Source: Ginglymostoma cirratum
Lineage: Eukaryota
Length of the DNA: 64,000 bases
Assembly (NCBI GenBank): GCA_024137785.1
Contig: JAHRHZ010000029.1
Location: forward strand, 15,578,725 to 15,642,724
Reading direction: 5' to 3'
Within the stretch, counting starts at the first letter, position 1. Each line of letters starts with the position of its first letter. The translations under genes and the position numbers were made by a program. Positions 44,601 to 56,600 of this stretch are shown piece by piece. Under the pieces are notes generated by a model. It was not told the DNA's origin, ran no database searches, and was given only the letters and a program-made list of their open reading frames with translations.

Positions 44601-47600
44601 CTCAGCATGGGAATGTACGAATAGGAGTCAGGCATTCAGCCCTGTGAGCCTGTTCTGAGCAGGGATCATGAATTTACCTATCTTAATACCCTTGTCTAAC
44701 ATTAAAATGTTAATCTCCAATTTACCTGGCCTCTACAAGGTTTAAAGCCTATTTTGAAGAGGTTCTTCCTTACATCAACCTAGCTCCAATTTCAAGGTTG
44801 TTTCCCCGTTGCTCTCGATTTTCTACTGCAGGAACTTTGAGTTTTATTCTTTCATGGGCTTTACTGATAAGGGTGGTGTTTGTGACTGATTGTCTTTAGA
44901 AGGTGATGGTGACTGCCTTCTTGAGCAGCTGCAGTTCATTTGGTGCAGGTACACCCATTGTATTGTTTTTTGTGGGAGTCCCAGGATTTTGATTTAGCAG
45001 CAGTGAATGTGTGTTGATTGTAGTCTGAAATCAGAAAGTGTCTGTAGCTTGGAGATGAAATTGCAAGTGGTGGTGTTTGCATATGTCTGTTGCTGTTGTA
45101 CTACTTGGTCATAGAAGATATGCATTTGTAAGATGCTGTCAAAGGAGGCTTGATGAATTGCTGCATTTTGTATGTTGCACACAGTTACCACTGAACATAG
45201 GTTTTGGATAGAGTCATTTTTGTTTAATCTGTTGATCCTTTCTAATCGAAAGCATCTCCATTGGATCAACTGCAATCATACTTGAAGGAACTCATGTCTA
45301 GCCTTTGGAACTTGATCTTATATGATTTTTTTTTTTTCTGTCTGTTCATGGGATGTGGGTGTGGGCAAGTATTTATTCCCCATCCTGAGAAGCTCTTGAG
45401 AATTTGATGGTGAGTTGCCACCTTCAACTACTGCATGTCCATTAGATGTAGATATGCCCAAAATGATGTTGGGAAGGGAGTTTCTGCATTTTGATTCAGC
45501 GACACTGAAGGAATGCTGATACATTACCAAGTAATGACGGTGAGTGGATTGACAGGGCACTTGCAGGTGGTCGTACTCCTTTGTACCTGTTGCTGTTATC
45601 CTTCTTGATGGTGGTCATGGTTTAGAATGGTGCTAAGAAGCCTTGGTGAATTTCTGCTGCATAGGATGAATGCTACATACCACTGCTACTAAGGAGTCAA
45701 GAGGTGAGTTATGCTCTTCAGGATTCCTAACATCTGACCTGCTCTTGTAGCTGCAGTATCTAAATAGACAGTCCAGTTGAGTTTCTGGTCATTTAAGTGG
45801 GTGATTCAGTAGTAATAATGACACTGAATGACAAAGGGAAACTGTTACATTTAACCCTATTAACATTGGTAACAACCTGGGGAATCTACACTCATGTGCT
45901 CCAAGATCAGTGTGATGTCTAGAACTTGATGCAGTATTTCACATGCAGTCTACTCAGAACTTTCTGCAGTTGTATCTTAAAGTTGCTAGGGTTTATCTTC
46001 AACAGCTTGCTCTGGTTCTTCATTTTAAACTTTGAGTTTGTGCTGTTGAATTTTAATTCCAATTGAATTCTGTTATGTTCTGATATCTTTATTGTATAGT
46101 GTGGATATGATGGGACATCCCGACCTAGCACCAGAGGTGGATGTAAAGAGCCTGGAACCCTTATTGTCAAATGATGTGGCCGATGTGCTTCTCAGCAGAT
46201 ACATGACAACCCTAAAAGTGAGTTAACAGCATCTAAATGGGGGATGGAAGGGTGTGATATCAGTATAAAATCAGCATTTACATCCTTTCTGACAAAAATA
46301 AAGGTTTATGGTACATTTGCCGCAAATATTTCTTATAGTCAAGAGTTGAGAGAAGAAAGAAAACACCCTCTGTGAGAAGGTGGAAACTTGTTTTTAAAAT
46401 GTCTGGGCACTACTCAAGCACAAAGTCTTAACTGAAACAAAGTCTAACACTGGAGCATTTTCGTAGTAACAAGGAAGCTTTCCTATTAAAATAACGTGGT
46501 TTTACTGCTACCTGGGACAGGAGGTGATAAGTGATTTAATCTGGGTGTGGAGGTACTTGGAAATCTCTAGCAGAGTAGCTAAAGGAGAACCAGTGGATGT
46601 ATAATTTTGGATTTTTAGAAGGCATTTGATCAGGTGCTATACAAAGGTTTGTCACACAAGAGCAGGCTGAGAGAATTGGGAATAATACGTAAGCATGGGT
46701 TAAGTATTAGTTCACGGCCAGAAAATACGAATAAATGAGTCACTGTTGATTTGGCAGGTTGTAAGCAAGCAGTGGAATTTTGGAAAGGATCAATGCTTGT
46801 ATTTAGCTGTTTATAATCTACATCAGTGACTTAGTTAAGGAACCAAGTGTAATATATCTAGGTTTGCTATTTTTATAAAACTATGTCAGATGGTAAGCAG
46901 AGATGGGGGTCATAAAAAGGCTGCAGAAGGACATAGTCCAAATATGTAATTGGGTAAGAATGTTGGTGACAGAAATCGAACACTTGGTGTATTTGATATT
47001 CTTCACAGCAACATCCTCCAGATATGACATTTTGCCTGTCAAAAGTACATTCTACTTTACATCTTTAACAATAACTTCGTACTGTCCGATGTTCTCTGCA
47101 CATTCATGTGGCTTTTAATTATAAATCTTTCATGTGTAACTTCATTGTTTTTGTTATCCCACATTAATGTCTTTATATAGAGTGCTAGTCTTGGTAATGG
47201 TGACCATGAAACCATTGTCAATTGTCATAAAAACCTGTCTGATCTACTAATATCATTTGGGGATGAAAATTTGCTCTTCTTACCCGGTCTGGCCTACTTA
47301 AGACTCCAGACATGCAGCAATTTGGTCTTAAATGACTTCTGAAATAGCAAACCACTTGCTCGTGTCAAACCATTTCAGAACAGTTAATAAGGAATGAAAC
47401 TAGGTGGACCACACAGCATCAACCAGAAACAACAGCAACACACCCACTCCTGTTAACCTTGAAGGGTCCTTCTTAGTAACATCTGGGGTGTGACCCAAAA
47501 TTGGGAGAGCTGTCCAACAGATTCTTAAACAACAGCCTAGTATCAAAATATGGCCAAACACATTGGCTGCTACAGAGGAGCTTGGCAGCATCATAGATAT

Positions 47601-50600
47601 TGTTGTGCAGACTTGTGTTCCCTACTAATTGCACCTCTAGCCAAGCTGGTCCAGTTCAGATACAGCGCTGGTACCTACCCATCAATTGTGGAAAATTGAC
47701 ATAGGTAGATTATGTCCATAAAAAGCAGGACAAAGCCAACCCAGCCAATTTACCACCCCATCAGCTTACTCTTGCTCCCTCCAAAGTGTATACCATCCTG
47801 CTTTGAAACTGTAGATATTCCTTCAGTCACTGGGTATAAACACCTGGTCCCCCTTTCTAACAGCATGATGGCTTATCTGCACCCACTGAACTTCAAGTGG
47901 TGCACAAAAGCAGTTCACCATCTTTTCGAGGATTATTGGGAAAAAGCAATAAATGTTCGCCGAGCCAATGAGACCCAAATCATATGAAAAGAGAAACAAA
48001 AAGTTGTATTTTTTTTTTTTGAAGGTTTTAAAGAAGCTGAGAAGATTTGTCAACTAAGATTTTGCATTGCTCCAAAACAGTGATAGTCAATTTGTAGAAA
48101 GATCTTGCAGTATATTGTTGTTCTTCAAGTTAACTCAGTGCATTTGAGTTCTCATGCTTCAGTTGTTTTAAGGCAATTGAGAATATGATGAAAAGTTTGC
48201 AGCTGAATGATGACTACTTTAATCTTTGCAGTCCAACATAATTGGCTGGCTACGGAAAGCACTGGAAACTGACAAGAAGGATTGGAAAAAAGAGCAAGAG
48301 CCAGAAGCAGATCAGGATGGATATTATCAGACCACATTGCCAGCTATTGTGTTCCAGGTATTCTTAAACTCCTCAATTATATCTTTTGCAAATACTGTGT
48401 ATGCATTTTATTATGATTTGAGGCACTCTAACGTGGTTAAATTGTTACCAGTGGCATCCAAGACAAATTTTAGCTTTCCATATAATACTGTGTTTTTGTA
48501 GGCTGAACCTCCTCAACTTGCTTCCTTCTGTAGAGCAGAACTATGACAACAAAACTAAGTTGTCCTGAAAGATGTAAAACTGTTATTGTACTAGTAGGAA
48601 CTCTTGTCTTTTAATGTCTAGTCTCGAATATATTGAAACTCTTTCACATCCTCGCACTTCCTATCAGATTTGCCCTTGACATTCCTGTTCACATTTATTA
48701 TGGAATGTCCAGACATGTCACACTGTAATTATACCCTCCAGACAGTGGAGGCACTGCATCATCAAACTAGTGGAGGGTGGCATTACATTGTGACAAGTTT
48801 ATACTTCAGAATCATTATACATCTGGGTATGGGAATTGATAATGGAAAACGCTGACATTTTACATAAAAATAAGGGTAGAATGCATTTGTTCAAAGTGGG
48901 GAATGAAATATGTTGGGGTTCTCTGATGATCCACTTATATCCTGCATTTTAACGACATCTCAAATGAAGTCTACATTTAATCTTCACTGCTTGTGGGCAA
49001 CACTGAAAGAGACCAGCTAGTTTGTAGTAAAATTCTAAATTGTCTAGTATTTCTTCACTGTTAATACCTTTCATTTAAAACATTAAATTTTACTGTTAAA
49101 TTGTAGGATGATCACATTAATTATAATCAAGAATTTCAGTGCAACTGATATTTTTAATAAAGTGAGTAATTCTCTCAATATTAACAGACTATTCAAACAT
49201 AGCATGGCATCACTACGTCACCTCATTTAAGAGGAAGTGAAGTTGGAGTAATGCGTTTTCTTCAAAATGCTTGGCTTTGTGGAAACGTAACTTTAAAAAT
49301 TTCACCTTTTTTATTAAAAATAAGTCAGATCTCCACACCTGTTCAAGAGTTGTGCTCCAAACTTGACTGATTGCATTATTCATCGGGAGATTTTGCCTCT
49401 ATTTTTGGATGAATTTTAATGGCAGCTTTGACTGGCTGTGACTTTGACCACAAGAAATCATGCTTTTATTAAGAAAGTGTTGTTTCCTTAGCTAGAAACA
49501 AATATTTCTTTCCAGAGTTAGGTTGCTTCTCTTTTATTCTTACGCTGTTCCAAAGCTTGCAGTCTTGTTTTAAAACGAATGGAATGGCTCTTCTCCACAT
49601 TATGATTTGTTTGCAGAACTAATTTGAAGCAGCTGTTAATGCTGCTTGTGGGAGTAGTGTTGTGCAGCATTAATTGTGCTATTCATGAACACCCTGGAAG
49701 ATAGTCCTGGAAGTCTTGTTTGGGTTTGTCTGAACTCCTGCTGTGTCAGTGATAGGGCATAGGCAACCATTTTTTGAGAGTAACCTTAAGCCATTCCTCA
49801 GACGACATGTCCATCCTGGGCCTCCTGCAATGCCACAGTGATGCCACCCAAAGGCTGCAGGAACAGCAAATCATATTCAGCCTGGGAACCCTGCAGCCCA
49901 ATGGTATCAATGTGGATTTTACAAGCTTCAAAATCTCCCCTCCCACAACCGCATCCCAAAACCAGCCCAGCTCATCTCCGCCTCCCTAATCTGTCCTCCC
50001 TCCCACCTCAAGCCCCACCCCCATCTCCTATCTACTAACATCATCCTGCCCCCTTGACCTGTCCGTCCTCCCTGGACTGACCTATCTCCTCCCTACCCCA
50101 CCTACACTCACCTTTACTGGCTCCATCCCCGCCTCTTCGACTTGTCTGCCTCCTCTCCACCTATCCTCTCCTCTATCCAGCTTCTATCCGCCTCCCCCTC
50201 TCTCCCTATTTATTTCAGAACCCTCTTCCCCTCCCCCATTTCTGATGAAGGGTCTAGGCCTGAAACGTCAAGCTTTCCTGCTGCTATGATGCTGCTTGGC
50301 CTGCTGTGTTCATCCAGCCCCACACCTTGTTATCTCGGATTCTCCAGCATCTGCAGTACCTTTTATCTCTGATACAATTTTAAACCCTTTCTGCCATGCA
50401 CATACAAGTAAGTAACATTGTGTGTATGCTGTATAGCAGTATCTTCTTTTTTTAAAATAAAAAATAAAATAGGAAAAAAGAAATGGATAGATAAAACAGC
50501 CATCCTGATCAGACCCTTTGCACTGATATGTAGTTTTCTGATCAAGGAAAACAATCGACAGAGGTGGCTGTTTTTGGGGCTATCAGAGTGTGATTGATGT

Positions 50601-53600
50601 ACACTTAACAATAAACATCATTGGTTGACATGTTGTTTCAGATGTTTGAACAGAATCTACAGGTCGCTGCTCAGATCAGTAATGATCTGAAACTTAAGGT
50701 GCTGACATTGTGTCTTCAGCAAATGAACTCTTTCTTGAGCAGGTGAGTATACATTTCCAGCATTTGTGCACACCTGCTGTTCAAAGTCTACAGAGAACAA
50801 CGGAACTAAGTGACATTTAGAATCTAGTTGCTAGTTGCAAATGTGAGTCCAAAATGCATGTGCTTGGTGTCTGTTGAGATTCATTAATTGGGTTGGTGTC
50901 CTTGAAACTTAAAACATTGCACATTCCCTCTCAAAAAAAAAAAAAGTATTTTCACAGCTTAGAAAAAGTCAGAAAATTTTGTGGGTGTTTCCTATTAGCT
51001 CCTCTTTTAGAAGATCTTGGATCATAGAATCTCTACAGTGTGGTAACAGGCCCTTCGGCCCAACAAGTCTACACTGACCCTCAAGGCATCCCACCCAGAC
51101 CTACCCCCCATAACCCACCTAATCAACGCATCCCTAGACACTATGGGCAATTTAGCATGGCCAATCTACCTAGTTTGGACTGTGGGAGGAAACCAGAGCA
51201 CTCAGAGGAAACTCACACAGACGCGGAGAATGTGCAAACTCCACACAGTCGCCCGAGGGTGGAATCGAACACTGGTTTCTGGTGCTGTGAGGCAGCAGTG
51301 CTAACCATTGAGCACTGTGCTGGCCCAGATGATTGAACTAGAGAAGGTTGCCAACTGATATTTTAGCCTGTTGGTTTCAGTTGGAAGATGCTGTGCTCTA
51401 TCTGGCATTACCTACAGTTGCACAGAATTAAAGTGTCAGCAAATAGAATGAAACGTAAGGACACTTGTAGTGCAATGGTAGTCTCCCTATCTCTGGGCCA
51501 GAAGACTTGGGTTCAAGTACTACCTTCTCCAGATATGTGCAATAGCAACTAAAAACAGGTTGATTCAAAAATATCTAGAATGGAAAGTAGCTTAACTAAG
51601 GCTAATTGGTAATTTCCTACACAGTCAGGTGCGTGGGAAAAACTGGAGGAGCAATGCTTTAGGTATGTTCCTGTATTTGCAGTGACTGACATATGTTTAA
51701 GTAGTCTGGGTGCAATCCTCCTCTTGCCTTTGAATATTTGGGTGCAAAATATACAATCTCCTGAAAAGGAAAGCAGCATCATGATTTGAAAAATTTCATC
51801 TTTCCAATTTAAAAATACCAATAAAGATTTGGTAAACTCTGCATAATTCTTTTATTTAGAGTTTCAGGTATTAAAATGATCGGATTAATTTATGACTTGG
51901 TATTTACTTATGCTTAATTCAAATTGAAAAAGTATACACTTCAGCATGTCAGTGAGAGCTGGTAATGTGCAAAAATTTCTTTGTTCTCTAAAATATCTGA
52001 AAACGTGATTCTATAGAAGCAGACGCAGGTGATTTTTTTTTTAGGATGCCTGGGAGCGAAGTGTCCACTGGTAGCCATACACCAGCCAGGAAAGATAATT
52101 GACATGGAAGAAGTAAAATATGGAGTTTTTGGAGATGATTGCCTCTAAATGTTTTGCATGTTGTAATTTTCAAGTAGAAGACTGAAGTAATCAATCTGTC
52201 CAGAGATGTTATTACACAACTGGTACAGGTGGGACTTGAACCCGGGCCTCCTGGCTCATTGGTAGGGATATTACCATTGCATTACAAAGGCCGTTATGTT
52301 CCATTCTATTCACTGGTACTTTACAACTGTAAAGTGTACAACTGTAGGCAATGCCAGATGGAGCAGAGTATCTTCCAAGTGAAACTAATAGGTTACAGCA
52401 TCAGCTGGCAACCTTATCTAGTGGGGAGGTAAAGAACTGTGATGCACAGGCATAGACTCTTGATTGAAGTATGCTGGGAGAGGTCTGAGGGCTCTTTAAT
52501 TTTAAATTTTGTATGAAGACAGTGTTTGGATATATCTGAATAGTACAACATTAGGTTTGCTTGAATGCTGAAATAATGGGATTTCTCAATTTGCCAGGTA
52601 CAAAGAAGAAGTGACTGTGTATAAAGATGATCATCTGAAAGATCGTCAGAATCCTCAGTTCTACATTCAATACATGATTGCAGTCGTTAACAATTGCCAG
52701 ACTTTCAAGTAAATGTCTAGCTTTATTTTCTTTACCACATACTGTTTTGTTGCATTGAAAAGTTTAATTTGATTGAAACTCTTCTGTGTAATGCTAAGAT
52801 GTTAATATCTAGGCTACATAGATTTTTAACAACACTGCCCTTGTATACAATGGAAGTGACCTGCGAATACTCCTAGGTGTCTGCAGAACTAACAATGGTA
52901 GGACAGATCTTTACAGAGTTCACAGTTCCATTTTTAACAATTAACCAGAGTTTAACAACAAGAATGAAAGCATCACCGACTGTTAAAGTACTGATTATGT
53001 AACTGTTTCTTGTGCAGTAGTGGAAGAACAATTTTTTTTTTGCCAAGAAACATGTCTGCAATACAGGAAGCCTAAATATTCTTCAAACAGACTTGAAGTA
53101 ATTAATGTTAAGTTATTCGTTTTGTTTACTGCAGAGAATCTGTCAATAGTTTGAAGAGAAAATATACAAACTATGAGTTAGAGATGGAGGAAGAGCATTA
53201 TGCTAATCAACCAACAATTGAGGTAACTCTAGATACTATTGCCAAGGATGGGTGTACCTATCTGTTAGATGAAGTCTTCCTTGACTTGGAGGTGAGTGTA
53301 CTCTTAAATACTACTTCAGTTAGAAGTAAAACCTAGAATGAATTGACTCACGTAAGCAGAGTGGTTTTAGAAGACTTTAAGGACATATTGATACAGTTCA
53401 TAAAATATTTACTCTCAAAAGTCCATTGTTACTTTATTTTCACTTTGGAACTATTTGCAATCGAAATGTATTTTATTTTAACCTTATCCCCTACAAAAAT
53501 TACTGTTCTCACTGCTGTGAGAAGAAAATGAGGGAAGACTGGTACTTCCCCTCGTGAATGTTTTTATAATAACACTAGTAGTGTGCAGAGAGCATGAATT

Positions 53601-56600
53601 TAATGAAAATGTACAGAACCAAGATTGTGATACAGTGTTGGATATGAATTAATTAATGTGAATTAATTATTAAACCAAGGTCTTTCATGTGGATGCAAAA
53701 GATCCCATGGATCTACTTAAAAATGAGTGGGGAGCTTTGCAATCAGTTAACAAAAACAAGTTATCTTGTTTGCTCGGTGCAAATGACCATTCATCTCTGC
53801 CTAGAGATTAATCTTTGCAAGTGATTAATTGATTCTAAAAGATTCTATGGCATCCTGACTTTGGATAAACTTGCAATAATATATATTTTACATTTTGTAA
53901 TTTGGGGATGTGTGTGTTTTTTTTCTTTCAAGTGAGATGAATGATTCAAAGGAGCCCAACAGCCATTGTATTTTAAGCAAATGGACAAATGATAAAATGC
54001 ATTTTCTTTTGAATGCAAGTGGCTCTGCCATGTACACTGGCACTATTAGGATTTATTGCCATTGTGCACAGCTAAAATCCACATACTGTATTTCAGTCCC
54101 ATCTCCAGGAGCTGATGACCAGAAAATGGCTTGCTGGGTCTAAAGCTGTGGATATCATTTGTGTTACCATTGAGGATTATTTCAACGATTTTGCTAAAAT
54201 TAAAATGCCATACAATAAGGTACAAATCGAGTTCTTCATTTAGAACCATTTTTTCTTTTCAAAATGTTATTCATTAAGGAGAACTAATATCCTTAACTGC
54301 CCATATATTACTTGGTTGCTAACTGTTATCTGTCTTAAACAATTCTGCAAACATTGTAGATTTTTTTTGATATAGTAAGTTGAAGTTCACAATATAGAAG
54401 ATGCAGAAAATTAACAGTTGTCTGCAACAGATTTCTTTCATTCAGTGATGTTTGTAACAAAGACAGAAGTTGTTAGAAAAGCTCAATAGGTGTGGCGGTA
54501 TCTGTGAAGAAAAATCAGTATTAACGTTTCTGGTCCAGTGACCCTCCCTTGGAACTGTTTGTAGATTGGATTGTTCTGGCTTGAAAAGAACATATGTGAC
54601 AGTGCTTCCCTCTGGAGATCTTTATAGCATCAAAAACTACCTTGTGTTCTGCATACAGGAAATAACAATAGAAGCTCATCGAAGGGTTGTGGTGGAGTAT
54701 ATCAGAACTATGATGCAAAGAAGGATCACCTTTAGGAATTTGGAGGAGCGCAGAGAGGGAGCTGAGAGAGTGATCAGAGATGCAGAGCAGTTTCGATTCT
54801 TGTTCAATAAACTTTCTGCTGTAAGTAGTTTGGTTTCCCCTATCTTTGAGGTTTCGGTGATGTTTCTAAAGTGATGAAATGTACATTGTAAACTCCGTGA
54901 GATGTAATCCGTATGGGTCTGAACAGTGAGTTTTTTTTTTTAAAGTTCCTGTCATCCCCAATGCTTTTTCTAGTCTCCTATCCAAAGCAACAAGAGGCCA
55001 GACTATGGGATCATTTTCTGAAACAATGCTGCAACAGGAAGCCCATTTGATGGGTTCAGATATAATATTCAGATTGTGCTGCCCACATTTTTTTTAATTT
55101 TAATGATAGTGGAAGATGGGCTGTACATTGCCTCAGTTCCTGATTTGTGCTACTAGTAAGCACAGCACCCGGCCGAATGTATGTCTTTATTGAATTTTCC
55201 CAGTGATTTGCTCTGTTAATGGCCACCCGAAGGTGTTATAAAAGTCATGAAGTGCATTGACACTTGTTGAAGCTGTGCTTTCCTAGCAAAATTGCATAGC
55301 ATTTTCAGCACTTGGAAACTGGCTACCTGGTCCTGGTTTTATGCAGGATCTCAGCCACTTCATATGGCTGTTACTTCCAAATTCTAACCACGCTGTCAGT
55401 GAAGAAGTCTCCTGAACTCCCTGTTGGATTTATTGGTGACTATCTTAGGCTTGTGGTCCCCAGTTTGGTCTCCCTCACAAATGGAAACATCTTCTCTGCA
55501 TCACTGCCTTTAAAAATTCTCAATTAGGTTAGTGCTCATTTTTTTCCGTTGTAAAGCAAAGCCTTGCCTAATGATATCTTCTTGTGTCATCCATGTGAGT
55601 GTTTTAGGTATTTCTCAGGGATACAAATCCATTCCGTAGGATGGAGATAACAATTAAGCACTATACCCTTAGGAGTGTTCTAACCAAATCTATTCAGTTT
55701 TTTAATTCTGTCTAGAAATGAGTACTCTTCCTTTGTTTGCTTATTGTTCTGGCTTCATTAAGCTACATCCCTACTTTTACTGTTTTGTGTATTTATATCA
55801 ACTGTTCTGCCTATTCAGGTGCCAGTTATTCAACCAGTATGTGACTACCTTTATTCTTCATATCACAATCTAACATCCCTCAATCCTCTTGGTATATAAC
55901 TTACTACATGGTGCTTATAGATGCCAATTTTTGGCACATTGTCTTAAGAGTGCCACCATGATGCTCCATCTGTTGTATTGTTCAGAAATTTGGTTTGGGC
56001 TTCCCACAATAGCTGCTTAGATGTCTAACATGGACATATCTATGGAATAAACTACACAAATACTTTAAAGCGTATTTGTTCTTCGTCATTAGTGTAGTGC
56101 AATATGTTAACTCTTCAGTTGCAGAACTATAACTGAGCATAGAATAGCTCCACTTGTCTGCATCTGGTGAGAGTTCCACTTTTGACGGCACTGCTGTGGA
56201 AGTTAGGTATCTACCACATTTGGAAGAAAACCGTCAACAAGCCATACTTGTGACTGCTAGCAGAGATAAGACTAATGTAGACGTAGAGGAAAGGAAAATG
56301 GCTATAAAAGAATAAGTAACCAATCTGAAATGTTACACAAATCTTCCACACAAATCAGACTGCATGACTGAATTCCATATTCATATAGAGGATATGCTGT
56401 TGTGTTTATAACCACCAGTTGTTTTGTCTGTACATACAGGGCTTTGGAGAGGACACAGATTTGTTGTGTGATGCTATTCCAGCTCTCGCTGAAGTGTTGA
56501 AGCTTACTGATCCATCATTATTAGGTCTTGAGGTCTCTACATTGGTGAACAAATTTCCTGACTTCAGGTTAGATTTCTTATTAAACATATTGTCATAGAA

